DNA of 64,000 bases, taken from the human T2T-CHM13v2.0 reference genome, Homo sapiens. Position numbers and translations under genes: made by a program. Under the pieces are notes generated by a model. The model saw only the letters and a list, made by a program, of their open reading frames with translations, ran no database searches and was not told the origin of the DNA. Position 1 is the stretch's first letter. Every line of letters begins with the position of its first letter. The DNA lies in the NCBI RefSeq assembly GCF_009914755.1, contig NC_060927.1; one strand, written 5' to 3'. Positions 41,954 through 55,261 of the stretch are shown here, piece after piece.

Positions 41954-42235
41954 GGCCAGGCACAGTGGCTCATGCCTGTAATCCCAGCACTTTGGGAGGC
42001 CAAGGCAGGCGGATCACCTGAGGGCAGGAGTTTGAGATGACCATTGTGGCCAACATGGTGAAACCCCATCTCTACTGAAAGTACAAAAAGTAGCTGGGCG
42101 TGGTGGCAGGCGCCTGTAATCCCAACTACTCGGGAGAACCCAGGAGGCGGAAGTTGCAGTAAGCCGAGATCACACCATTCCACTCCAGCCTGGGGAACAA
42201 GAATGAGCCTTCATCTCAAAAAAAAAGAAAAAAAA
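41954..42235 (+). mobile_element. AluS with small right-arm deletion
   Basis: Alu consensus and A tail. Confidence 0.93.
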
Positions 42236-42266
42236 TACAAATCAGGTGTGTACACAAATGTAAGTT

Positions 42267-42564
42267 GTTATTATTATCATTATTTTTGAGACTGAGTCTT
42301 GCTCTGTTGCCTAGGCTGGAGTGCACTGGTATGATCTTGGCTCACTGCAATCTCTGCCTCCTGGGTTCAACCAACTGTCCTGCCTCACTGTCCTGAGTAG
42401 CTGGGATTACAGGCACCACCACACCCAGCTAATTTTTGTATTTTTAGTAGAGACAGGTTTCCCCATGTTGGCCAGGCTGGTCGTGAACTCCTGACCTCAG
42501 GTGATCCACCTGCCTCAGCCTCCCAAAGTGCTGGGATTACAGGTGTGAGCCACCACACCAGGCC
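42267..42564 (-). mobile_element. AluS
   Basis: Reverse Alu with (TTA)n-derived tail. Confidence 0.95.
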
Positions 42565-43302
42565 TCTAAGACTGATTTCTCTAGCTAATCAGAAATGGAA
42601 TAGATGTGTAGAAATAGAAATCAGGTGTGTACACAAATATAGGTTAATCTTTTAAAACTACAAAAGTCTGCATTTCCCAACCTCTATATCTTTAGTTCTT
42701 AAATTTAAATATAAATCATCAAAATCACGAATAATGAATTATACATAAAATATTAATTCTTGCATCATATGAACCCTCACCGCCAATAATCAAATCACAT
42801 CTTTGAAAACTAAGAGACTTCTAGGGCCTCTAAACATAGTTACATATTGGAAGGCTATCAGAAAATGAATTACTGGTATTTGAATGGACACTGACAAAGA
42901 TTACTGAAAACGTTTATTTTCCAGCACCCACCGACCCCAGCCCTAATGAAGGGCACAAAGGAAAAAGCCACACTACTGGGAAAATGGAAATATTCTCAGA
43001 CTCATGTACTGATTTTAAACTTCACTAAGATAGATGGAGTGATAGAAGACAAGCAAATTTTATTGGCTTGGCATGGAAGTTAGTTTAAGTCCAGCTTGGG
43101 TTAGTCCAAGTCCAGCTTGGGTGGGAAAGGAGCAAGGGACTTCCTTTTCAAATTGTGTGAAGCCCTCCTTTAGTTGATACACCATATGCAGATTGTATCA
43201 TCTTTTATAAAATAGAAATCATCACTTTAAAGAAGCATTATATGACTTATTAATACATTTGACATGCATATAAAAGTTTTAGAGCATAAAGTCATATCTC
43301 AC

Positions 43303-43400
43303 CTATATTTTAGGGCCTTGACTGGAATTTGCAAGAGACTTCCCCCTTCAAATGGAAGGTGCACAGTATCATCATCGTCTTGAAGCATCCGTTCAGCTTC
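43303..43400 (-). CDS. SLC4A7: SLC4A7 exon (98 nt; EAERMLQDDDDTVHLPFEGGSLLQIPVKALKY)
   Basis: AAG acceptor, AG|GTGAGA donor, frame continuous with neighbouring exons. Confidence 0.95.
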
Positions 43401-43767
43401 CTTTATAACACATGTGTGAAGAGGTTACTTTTCCCAGAATATTTTCCAAGAGAATTGGCTAATTTATAACATTTTACAGACTTAGAAACCCAAACTGACA
43501 TTATTTAAATATAACTGCCATTACTGAAAAATTTTATAATCATGAACACATACTTGTAACATAAAATAAAAACAACCACTTGTAAAACATGACTAATTTA
43601 ACTTTCATTTCTTTATGTAAATCACTGTCACTTATACTATTTAAGATTTAACTACAATTTAACTACATAAATGTGATTATCAATTATTATGTAGGTTTAT
43701 AATGAGAGATAACATTCTGTGAAACCTTATCACAATACAATATGGGCAGAATGTCATTTGGATAAGG

Positions 43768-44170
43768 CAGGGTTTCTCAACCCCAGCAATACTGACATTT
43801 AGGGTATAATATTTATCTTTTGTAGTAGAAGTCCTGTGTATATAGAGTATTTCACAGCACCTCAGAATTCTACCTATCAGATGCCAGTAGCAGCCCCTCC
43901 AGTTATAACAATCAAAAATATCTCAGAAATTGAAATACTCTCGGCAATGTCTCAAATACTCTCAGACTAACAACTGAGAGTTGTTTAATTCCCTCCAGCC
44001 CACCCCAGTGATAATTACTAATAACCATCATGGTACTTCCTATACTCTTTTTAAAAGTACATCAATGAAAGTACTATCTTAGATCATTTAGCAAATGTTT
44101 ATAGAACCCAGCAAAGCAGACCACTCAGGCTGGTTAAGATTAAGGCTCAAGCTCAGGTTGAGACCAACTT
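43768..44170 (-). mobile_element. MER20 (hAT) interrupted by a ~220-bp insertion
   Basis: CAGGGTTTCTCAACC...AGATGCCAGTAGCA...AAAAATATCTCAGAAATTG, with the terminal GGTTGAGACCAACT resuming at ~44157. Confidence 0.75.
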
Positions 44171-44219
44171 GGACAGTGGACACGGAAGAAAATTATGATG
44201 TTAATAATGGCGGTGATCG

Positions 44220-44747
44220 ATAGGACAGTAGAGGAGACACTGAGAGAACATTCATATTTCTTTTCCTTACTAATAGAAATTTGACTATTTTGAGGTGTCA
44301 ATTTGCCTAGATCCTAAAAACAAACAAACAAAAACAAAAACAAAAACCCCTAAACTGAATCTCCCAGCATTCCTTACAAACTCAGTAGGATCATGAGGTG
44401 CAAGCAGAACTTACTGGATGACATTCTGGAAAGACTCCTTAAACTTGACAATATGGTGAAGCTATTTTGCCTTTTATCCCTTCCTTTTTCCTGCTGTCTC
44501 TAATGCTAACATGACAGCTGGAGTCTGACAGCCATTTTGATTCATGAAGTGAAGATGAGGATGGCAACCATATGCTGAGGTCAGGAGAAAAGTAACAAGG
44601 AGCCCCTGATAACTTTGTGGGGCTTAACACTGCATCACTTGCTTTCAAGAATTCTTTTACTTGAAACACAAGAATAACCTTGTGTTTAAAGGCCACTTTT
44701 ACTTTTGTTTTTTGTTATATATGACGAACCTCATTCTAATTAATACA
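44220..44747 (+). mobile_element. MLT1 (MaLR) LTR, old subfamily
   Basis: CAGCTGGAG...CAGCCATTTTG...GAGGATGGCA; ends TAATACA. Confidence 0.65.
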
Positions 44748-44830
44748 GAAAGTAACAAACAGGCAATTTGGCCCATATATTTTATAGGTAAATTATATTC
44801 TATTTGAAAAAATCATGAAAAACTCATACA

Positions 44831-45109
44831 GGCCAGGCACAGTGGCTCACGTCTATAATCCCAGCACTGTGGGGGACCAAGGCAGGCAGATCACCAGAGG
44901 TCAGGAGTTGAAGACCAGCCTGGCCAACATGGTGGAACCCTGTCTCTACTAAAAATACAAAAATAAGCCCAGTTTGGTGGCGGGTGCCTGTAATCCCAGC
45001 TAGCTTGGACCCGGGAGGTTGAGGTGGTTGCAGTGAGCCGAGATCATGCCACTGCACTCCAGCCTGGGCCACAGAGCAAGACTCCATCTCAGAAGAAAAA
45101 AACAAAAAA
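44831..45109 (+). mobile_element. AluS with internal deletion
   Basis: Alu consensus; TSD-like AAAAA(C)CTCATAC. Confidence 0.93.
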
Positions 45110-46041
45110 CCCTCATACGTATTTACATATATAACTCTGAAGAAAACCAAAATCTTAATTTTAAAAATCTGGTGTCTTAATTCAAATTAATATTCTAATT
45201 AGTATCTAGTTAAAGAATTTTAATTTTTGTTGAAAAATAAACATAAAATCAATAAAATTTTAATCTCTATTTAAACAGGACCATACATTTAAAAATATGT
45301 GTCTTTCTTATCTTTGATTTTCAAACAATACTCTGAATGGGAAAATGGAGCAAGGAACTACAATCAACAAAACCATCAATGCTATATACTCAAGTCTCTA
45401 CTTTTCCTTCTTATTAACCGATACTATCGAGTTGGTTATTAAAAATCAAATTCCAATTCAGAATAAAGTTATTTATGCTTAAATCTCAGCATACAAATCA
45501 ACTAATGGTGGTACACAGTAAGTGCATATAAAGACTAAAACTTTATTATACTTTTTAAAAAAGATAATTACTTAAAAATCCTTTTTGTCATTATGTATGC
45601 CAATTATTAAAACGCTATTAAAATTAAATATATGCTAAAATTTATGTTAAATGTATTTAAAGTTTTCTCAGATAATATACTCTGAGGTATAACTATTTTG
45701 TGTTACCTATATTTTAATATTGCTAAAACTCTAATTCTTCTGATTGCTGATTTAGTAAGCACATGATATGTAATTTTTGAAAAGTATTACTGTGTCAGAG
45801 CTATGGAGGTACAACACAGTGAAATGGTGAAGAGACTACATTTGGAACAGTTACCTAACCACTCTCTGCCTGCTTCCTCATTTGTAAAATGGAGATAACA
45901 GCAGTACCTACTACACTTTTATAAAGTTCTTAGAAGGATGAAAGGAACTGATTCATGTAAAGTGATTATAATGGTGCCTGCAATATGGTGCAAAATATTA
46001 AATAAGGAAGTGGTGTAAGTTTAAAATTGTTATCTTTTTAC

Positions 46042-46173
46042 CTCTTTCTCTTTTTTCTTTTTGTCATCTTCTTTCTTTTTCTTACTTTCTGGCATAAGAT
46101 CATCAAGCCAACTAAGTTCTCTCTTCGTGAAACACAGGTCCATGAGTTTGCGCACAAACACTAATGCAAGAAC
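46042..46173 (-). CDS. SLC4A7: SLC4A7 exon (132 nt; VLALVFVRKLMD...WLDDLMPESKKKKEDDKKKKEKE)
   Basis: AAG acceptor, GAG|GTAAAA donor; last TM segment, LDD motif and lysine-rich tail. Confidence 0.97.
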
Positions 46174-47785
46174 CTTTAAAAAGTGGGGAAGGAAATATTA
46201 AGTAACACATAATACAAACTGTATCACTTAAAGAGGAAAAGCATATTTATTAAATCTTATAAAAATGCTTCATATGGTTTAAAAATTATTCACACATCAT
46301 TTTGTTTCAAAGGAATTGAGTCAATTATTTATCTTTTTTTACTTTGTGCTAAAAAAAAAAAAAACTATAAAGAGAGGAAAAAAGGAAATGGCATTCTTAA
46401 CCTTCTCCTGAATAAATCCCTTGCACTACGCATAAAATTATGAAGCAGGTTAAACACTGAATATCAAAGCAAAAAACAATTAATTTTTAAGACATTACAT
46501 ATTATGTAAGTATATATAATTTTTAAAAATCTCTTCAGCAATACATTAGAGTACCTATTCCCAACATTAGGTTTTAACTTTTCAATCATATGGGAGAAAT
46601 GAACTAATACTTTAATTTGCTTTAACTGCTGCTGAAGATGAGCATGTTTTTGAATGCTGACTGGCCAATAAGATTTCCACTTCTGTACCTGCTATTTCCT
46701 AAACTTGGACTGTTGGTTTTTATGACTTTTGTTTATGCATTTATGAGTTCTGTGTAGTTTGAATAGAAATTTTTTATCTGCCTTACATGTTACAAATATT
46801 TTCTCCCAGTTCACAGTCTGATTTAACTGTTTTTTATACTTTTTGAACATATAAGAAACATTTAATTATCATGTCAAATATAGCATATCTTCCTTTTACA
46901 CTTGGGTTTTCCTATCTTCTTTGAAAAGTTAGTCCCAATCAATGGATTATACAATACTCTTTTACATTTTCCACTACAATTTATTTTACCATTTAAATAC
47001 TGAATTCATTTTGATTTCTGAACATAGTCTCAGATAAGGAGTACAACATTACTTAGCTTCCAGTATACATTTAAATCATCCAATACTAAATTCTCCCATA
47101 CAAAAGAAATACTACCTTTAATGAAATAACCTGCTTATGGTATTCAAGTGATAAAGTTCCAATGTATTCAGATACATTTCTGGACCCATTTGTCTATTTT
47201 TCTGATTTGTCTATTCATATGCCAATTCTATATTATGGTGGCTACACTGACTTGTCAGCAATTTTTAAATATTTGGTTATTAAAACAGTACAGTATCAGC
47301 ACACGAACAGTGAAGTAGATGGCAAAGCAAAGCCCTCTATGCTCAATCCTAGCCAGGAATCCTTCTTAGTTATAATTATCATTATCTTGTTATTCTCTAG
47401 TAGTTATGTCTTTCTTTCTAATGAATATGTAATTTACATACAGAAAAATTGAAAAATAGCATGTGTACAGTTTGATACTTTTGACAAATGTATATACTAC
47501 TCATATAATGCACACCCAGACAAGATACAGAACATTTCTACCATCCATGTTTTTGAGTCAGGCATTTATTTTTTATTTATCCAGTTCCAAATTATTTATC
47601 CAGTTCACAATGACACCACCCCCCACCCCAACACATACATTCAGATAAAACTCCAGTAGAATCTGTACTTGGCACTATATTATATTTAAATGCGATTTTT
47701 CAGAAAACTGAAAGTTTTATAATATGAAATCTTTAAAACAAAGAACACAGTATTTGTTCAGGTCTTATTTGCTGTCCCTTAATAC

Positions 47786-48089
47786 TGTTATTGATTGAAT
47801 TTTGTTCCCCATTAAAGACAGTTAAGTCCTAACCTCCAGTACCTCAGAATATGAACTTATTTGGAAATAAGCTGTTGAAGAACACCATGTGACAACAAAG
47901 GCTCCAACTTCAGTTACCCAGCTGCAAGCCAAAGGAATGCCAAAGACAGCCAGCAAACCTCCAGAAGAGAGGAAGAGACAAGGCAGGATTCCCCGCTGGA
48001 GGCTTCAGAAAGAGCATGTCACTGCCCACCCCCACATACTGCCTCTGGTTTGTGGTACTTTGTTACAGCAGCCCTTGGAAGCTAATACA
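47786..48089 (+). mobile_element. MLT1A-C-type solo LTR (internally deleted)
   Basis: GTCCTAACCTCCAGTACCTCAGAATATG...TTTGTGGTACTTTGTTACAGCAGCCC...CTAATACA; 5-bp TSD AATAC/AATGC. Confidence 0.85.
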
Positions 48090-48752
48090 AATGCTATTAT
48101 AAAGCCTTTTTCTTTAAAGGGGTCTTTCTTTTAAAATTTATTCTTAAGTACTTTATGGTTTTTGATCATTGAGAGAGACTGCCTACTAATTCATCAAGTT
48201 TTCTAACATCCAGCCACCCTAACACAATTCTTATTAATTCTATTAAGGGCTCAGTCTTTTTTGTTTTTAACTAAAATCACTTGGGTTAATAGGTATACAA
48301 TGACATTTTCAACAAATATGTTAATAATTGCTTTGAAGCCAAAGTATCATTGTCTATCTACTTAAGATATATTACTCTTGGAAATTCTGCTAAATTTGTT
48401 TACTTGCTAATATTTTAGTTTAAGGTTTCTGCATTTATATTAGTAAGAAGGCAGCATAAATCTTTTGTGCAACTTAATTAGCCTTGGGTATTAATAACTT
48501 GTCAGTGTTTTTTGAGAAAAATTGCATAGGTTTCCATCTTTTCCTTTGGTCTAGAATAATTCAAGAGGGTACTGTAATTATCTGTTCTTTAAAATTAAGC
48601 TTTTAACCAATCTGACCCTGATACTTTAAGGACAGGTCTTTAACCACTTTTCCAGTTTCTTCTATGCAACTGGGCTATACACAAATTTTATACTTCCAGT
48701 GTCAATTTTGGAAATTTAGATATAGTATGAAAATAATCCATTTGTTCCAGGT

Positions 48753-49072
48753 CAGAGGTCAGCAAACCATAGCACCTGAGTTAAATTTCATCCACCATCT
48801 ATTTTTGTATAGCCTATAACCTAAGAATGTTTTTTTACAGATAAACATTTGGAATTAATTTGATGGTAGAAAACATTAACCATGAATCCCAATTAAGTAA
48901 AATAATGTCAAATAAAAAATAATTCCATTCTTCTAATAGTCCTATATTTTTAAAATTATTTTTTAAATTTCATCAATAAGATTACATAAGTACCCACATA
49001 ATACTCTCGTGACCTATAAAGCCTAAAATGTTTACTATCTGGCCCTTTACAGAAAAAGTTTATTGACCTCTG
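48753..49072. mobile_element. MER58 (hAT-Charlie MITE)
   Basis: TIRs CAGAGGTCAGCAAAC / GTTTATTGACCTCTG; TACTATCTGGCCCTTTACAGAAAAAG. Confidence 0.85.
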
Positions 49073-50076
49073 CTCTAGATATTCAAATTTATTGATATTC
49101 ATGCAAGTGTTATTTTCATCAAGTCCCTTGAATCATCTCCATATCTCTGGTTATCGCTCTTTTCTCCTCCTTAATCTTGTATATCCATTCTCTCATTTTC
49201 TTCTTTACATGTGCTTGGGAGTGGTTTATCCATTATTGATTTTTTTAAAAAAAACAACTTAGTTGCATTGAAGTCTTCTTGAATAATAAAGGCAATGAAG
49301 TGCATACACCTTCCTCTCAGTGTAACTTTAGTTGTGCTCAAAGTTTTAGACAGACATTGTTATAATTTTCTCTCTTTCAATACCTCTAGATGGTTTTTTA
49401 ACTGTTTTCTATTCAGAAATTATTTAGAACAGTGTTTAATTTCCAAATATTTAAGATTATTTTAGTGGCTTTCCATTATTTATTTCTAATTTAACTGTTT
49501 TTAGAAAATACTACTTGAGTAATTTTTATAGCTTTTTAAATTCTGTAAGGTTTTCTCTGTGGCCATGTACAAAACCAATTTTTACATAGCATTTACAGAA
49601 GAATGTACATTCTCTATTTGTAAAATGCAATATTCTGTGATAATTTAATGAATTATATTGTCTTATTAAAGTCATCGGTAGCCTTCATTACTTTTTAACT
49701 TCCACATCTGTCAATTTCTGAAAAAGATATATCAAAGTATTTTAATAATGAACCATGTTGTTTTGGTTCCTTTGCTTTTACATTTGAAAATGTATTTGTT
49801 CCATGAACGTCCTGAATTCTGAAGTTATTTAAAAATACAAAACCAAGTCCTATAGCCTAAGGACTAAAAAGCAAAACAAACAAAAATTTACAAAGTAATA
49901 AAATTGAAGCTGGGAAACAACTGCTTTGTATCTAGTAACAGCTAATTCACATTTTCAAACACCTAAGGTACTTAAAACGCATTATTCTTTTTCTCAAAAT
50001 CAATTATAAATATTAATAAAAAATTACTGTAAACATATTATTAATTAGTGACAAAATAAGTCTGAAGAAATCTTAC

Positions 50077-50250
50077 CATCATGGGAAAAACCACTGCAGC
50101 AGCTGAAACTTTTATCACCCATAAAAGGACCAAACAAGTAAGCTGAATGACTGTGAAAATATGGACCTTCCAGAGCGGCACATAACGGAGGTATATCAAA
50201 TCAGGCTGATGCTTAGCAGGCATTCCAAATAATTTTATACGGTCAAATAA
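50077..50250 (-). CDS. SLC4A7: SLC4A7 exon (174 nt; LFDRIKLFGMPAKHQPD...VVFPMM)
   Basis: TAG acceptor, ATG|GTAAGA donor; MPAKHQPD motif. Confidence 0.97.
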
Positions 50251-50951
50251 CTACATATAGAATAAAAAACAAAGAAGTTTTCAATAAAATATTTCTGCTA
50301 TTTAGGAGAAGAATCTATACTCAACTTTAGGATTTTGTGTATTAAATTGTAACTTCCTTGACATTTTCTGATAGTACAGGAGAATGTTACAGCAAGCATT
50401 CTCTGGATCCAAAGTGGGGTCGGGTGGGGGAGGGTGGCAGGTGGGAACCAAGCAACCACTTGCACTGCTGTAATTTATTTAATCAGAAAACTCAAGCCAA
50501 AATGTTTAATTCAGAGGATTAAAATATCTAGATAAACTTATCTGCTATAATTGAATGCACAAGTCATTTATCTCTTTGTTTTGTAATGTTCATGACAAAA
50601 GAATAGTCTGAGTGACTTCTAAGGTTCTTCACAAATTTAACCAGAAAATAACTTGAGATAACAATTACAATTCTTCACTAATTGAAAATAAAACTGAGCA
50701 AATGCCTTCATCTTTTTGAGCTTTAATTTCCTCATTAACACACTGTGAATAAGATCAGCCCTAATCATCTCACAAAACTCTTAAAAATCAGGTGAGATAA
50801 GGAAATAATTTCTTGACCAGTGAAGAGTAGGTCCTGGATGGTGTTGAAAAAATAAAGATGCTTTCCTGCCACTAGCCTATGAGTTGGAAACTTTAGACAA
50901 CATCCTTTTCATGAGAAGAGGTGGTCATGTAGCGCTAACTGTGCTTTATGA

Positions 50952-51293
<342 letters not shown>

Positions 51294-51885
51294 TAGTACA
51301 AATCTTAAGAAGTTTTATTAGGTTGTTTCCCAGTAACTATTAAAACAAAACAAAATAATGAAACCACTGGCTTAGCTAATAATCTTCAATAAGTCCTTCT
51401 ATTTCTGTTTCCTGATTTATATTAGGATTTCTTCCTTTCCTCTCTCCCAACTGGTTAATGTTTTGAGGATCACAAAATGATGTATATGCTAGGCTTCATA
51501 AGCTGTATTGTGTTACACAAATGGCGGGTCTTGCTATTTTTACAGGAAACTAATATCTACCTTTTTAAGTACCAAAACTTTTTTTCAATACAATCCTTTT
51601 GATCCTCCCTCTCACTATTCTAGTCTTTATTGAGTTATAGGGCTTTTCATTGGCTTCAATTAAAAACAGGTAAGGACCATGTCAGCTCATGATCTCACTC
51701 TCTGGAGGAAAAAATGTACAGTAAGCAAACAATCACTTGGCAAATGTCTGAAGTCATCAGTTAGAAAACTAACCTCCCCTCAAAATGTCAGAGTTGAGAA
51801 TAAATCACTACCATCATTAAAACAATCTTTGCATACTTAAAATTATCAAGTTTCTATAGAAAATCATTAAATACTTAAAACTTGC

Positions 51886-51954
51886 CTGGATTCCTTTTAA
51901 TGAGGAAACTCCCATATAAAGGAAAACACCATACAGAACAGGCATTGGAATAAA
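51886..51954 (-). CDS. SLC4A7: SLC4A7 exon (69 nt; [23 protein letters not shown]) with GC donor
   Basis: TTTACAG acceptor; CAG|GCAAGT donor; [14 protein letters not shown] motif. Confidence 0.95.
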
Positions 51955-52707
51955 CTGTAAATAAAATGAACACAATTAGAACTCATGAGTAGTAAGTAAA
52001 CAAAAACATAATCAGTGAGTAATTATAGGGCTAGAATTAAAAGATTTTTCAATCATGAGGATTAGACCGACCTAACATTTCCACACATAAGAAAATTGCT
52101 AATATACAATAACCTGCTTGAAAAATGACTCATCTTCTACATGCTGCTTCCTAAAAAGGGAGTATGTTCACTTAAGATCAGGAGTACTGCAGTCAGACTT
52201 AGTTTTAAGTCAAACTTAACTTTCTGTACCTCAGTTTCTATATCAGATTGCTGTAAAGATTCAATGACTTCAAATACATAAAACACTCAGAAAAGCTCTG
52301 ATACATATTAAGCACACAAAAAGTGACAACCATTATCATTGCTATCACTACCTGCTGCACTGAATATTAAGCAGTAGCCTTTACTGAATATAGTAAGTAA
52401 AATCCACCTCCAAAATAAAATCCTTACTACTTTGGCAGTTATGATGATCCCAAACTGTCTACACAGTTCACACCTATTCATCCTGCAAGAAAGTCTGGCT
52501 ATTAACAGAGCCCATCCATTTACTCAAAACCACAAAAAGCACTCTGACCTAAGGGAGAAGTGTACTATAAGGAACAACAAATTAAAAAACTACAGAGGAA
52601 AACCACATCTACTACATCTCTTCTAAACAACCTAGCGTGTCTTTCTAAGGACACTGGAAAAAAAGAAAACAGTTTACGAAGCAGACGTATTTTAAAAAAT
52701 CTAAGCA

Positions 52708-52992
52708 ATGCCTGTTATCTCAGCATTTCGGGAGGCTGAGGCGGGCAGATCACTTGCGGCCATAAGTTCGAGACCAACCTGGCTAACATAGCGAAACCAT
52801 CATCTCTACCAAAAACACAAAAATTAGCTGGGCATGGTGGCACGTGCCTGTAGTCCCAGCTACTCGGGAGGCTGAGGCCAAGAATCATTTGAACCCAGGA
52901 GGCAGAGGTTGCAGTGAGCCAAGATCATGTCACTGCACTCCAGCCTGGGTGATGGAGTGAGACTCTGTCTCAAAAGAAAAAAGAAAAAAAAA
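52708..52992 (+). mobile_element. 5'-truncated Alu
   Basis: Alu consensus from ATGCCTGT to the A tail. Confidence 0.92.
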
Positions 52993-52999
52993 TGCTAGG

Positions 53000-53700
53000 A
53001 AAAAGAAATAAGAATGGGAAAAGCTCATGAAAATTAAATCTATAAATATCAAAATAACTAAAATTTTGTAGTAATAATTTTCATAAGACTGAAGACCAAT
53101 ATAATGATATGAAAAAAGGAGAAAATTTTCTTTAATAGCAAGGGGGAGGAGGGATAAGAATATTAGAACAAATCCAAAAGGTCTGAGATCTGTTTAGCTG
53201 GAGTTGAAGAAATTTGTAACAGAGACAATAGACGAAAAGGGAAGTAAACAGGGGAAGAAAATTCTCACAGCAGAAGGCACAGGTTTCTCGAGAAAACCAA
53301 CAGAGACTAAGCAGGGTAAATGAAAAGCCCCTAACTGCCTCCCTAAGTATCTGAATGAGTTTTCACAAAAACAAAAGTTAAAAAAAATTTTTTTGGTTTA
53401 TCTTAAAGAGGGAAAAGGTCTCCATAAAAGTACAAAAACCAAATAGATTTCAGATTTCTCATTAGAAAATTGGTCTCCAGAAAACAATGACTTTAAGATC
53501 CAAAAGAAAACTATTTTGAATATCTAACTATGGATCAAATGTTGAGGTAAATAGAGACATTTTGAAATATGCAAGAACTCTCAATAAGTTCACCACTAAT
53601 GGTACCATGTGTAAAAAGAATTTATCAATACAAAAAATGAATACAAGAAAAAGGGGAACCTGCATATACAATTTTTTTACAGTAAGGGAAGGTAGCAGAT
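53000..53700 (+). mobile_element. Ancient L1/HAL1 ORF1-like remnant
   Basis: A-rich; TCAGATTTCTCA...AGAAAACAATG and AGACATTTTGAAATATGCAAGAACTC resemble L1 ORF1. Confidence 0.5.
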
Positions 53701-54041
53701 ATTAGAAAGACTTATTTGGTCTTCAGGCTTGGGCTGGAGTAAAATAGAGTATATTTCTGCCTCCCTGCAGGCAACTCACACTGCTTAGTCCTCACAATCA
53801 CACTGCTTAGTCCCCAGCAAATACCATCGTAATATCATTTATGTGTTCCCAGAGGGTTTAAATTTCTATAATCTAACTTACAGGAGATGCAAGGAAGCCT
53901 TAATTATCATCATAGCACAAAATGTAAATGTTAATAACGACTTTTACAATAATAAAAAAATTAAAAATAAAAGCCAACAAGAGGGATGTGATGGAAGACA
54001 GAATGAGGATGGAGTCATAGGTGAAAGACACAACTTTAGGT

Positions 54042-54165
54042 CAGCAGCTCTCAAACTCTGTGGTCTCAAGACTCCTTTATACTCTTAAAAATTACTGAGG
54101 TCATTTCCCCTCCCCCACAAATACTTTTATTTATGAGCGTTTTATACATATATTTGCCATATTAT
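54042..54165. mobile_element. Charlie1-like hAT terminal fragment
   Basis: CTCTCAAACTCTGTGGTCTCAAGACTCCTTTATACTCTTAAAAATTACTGAGG. Confidence 0.65.
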
Positions 54166-54167
54166 AA

Positions 54168-54474
<307 letters not shown>

Positions 54475-54663
54475 TAAAAATATATACAGCTTACCACTGA
54501 AATGCTTGCTATACTAAAAACCTAATGAAATTATTTCCCAAGTAAACTGTGGAAAACAAACCTAATTTTAGGTATTTTAAGTATATTTTAATGTTTCATG
54601 TTCACATAACTAAGTATAAATGTTATAATAAGATTGTAAAACACGGCAATAAAGAAATTTTAC

Positions 54664-54915
54664 CTTTAGGACTGAAGTCATGAACACAGAGAGGCCCATT
54701 AGAATAAAAATCATTAGCCCTGTAACCCGCTGTTCACGAATTCCCAAAAACTTGGGTTGTTCCCCTGGAGCAGAACATTCAGATTCAACTTTTAAGCTGT
54801 TGACATGACTTATTGACAACACTGTTGCAGCCACAAACCATGGAAGTCCCATGACAGAGCAAACTCCCAACATAACGCCAACCATGAGCAAATCAAGGTG
54901 ATAGCCAGCTCCTTT
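54664..54915 (-). CDS. SLC4A7: SLC4A7 exon (252 nt; [10 protein letters not shown]...EQRVTG...SVLK)
   Basis: TTTTCAG acceptor, AAG|GTAAAA donor; GYHLDL and EQRVTG SLC4 motifs; lies inside supplied ORF 54610..54966. Confidence 0.98.
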
Positions 54916-55099
54916 CTGAAAAGTGAAATGAACATAAATATCTGTAAGTCTAAATGGTTCCCTCAATTTAAAATTCTACACGAATTATAAAGAGGGAAGA
55001 AGCTAATTTTCATCTTACATCTTTTAATGTTCTAATCATTACAAAAACAGCTCAAACCCTTGAAGAATCACAATGCTTAAGGCAAAATTCTAAAATTAC

Positions 55100-55261
55100 C
55101 TTCAATTTGTGTTCCTTTCTGTTTATAATTACAGCTGTGATTTGTTGATCCATAAAGATGAGAATGGTACAAAGCAAAGCAGGAATAGCAGCTATTAATA
55201 AGGTCCACCAAGGATTATCTCCCAGTGGGCTTATGATCCACCCTCTCTCTGGATGAGTAGG
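55100..55261 (-). CDS. SLC4A7: SLC4A7 exon (162 nt; [14 protein letters not shown]...[19 protein letters not shown])
   Basis: AG/GT boundaries; hallmark [14 protein letters not shown] motif. Confidence 0.98.

Larger units (their letters stand above)
46530..49800 (-). mobile_element. Highly diverged L1M fragments hosting MLT1 and MER58 insertions
   Basis: T-rich antisense L1 ORF2-like phrases (ACAAATATTTTCTCCCAGT, ACTGTAATTATCTGTTCTTTAAA); boundaries approximate. Confidence 0.6.
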
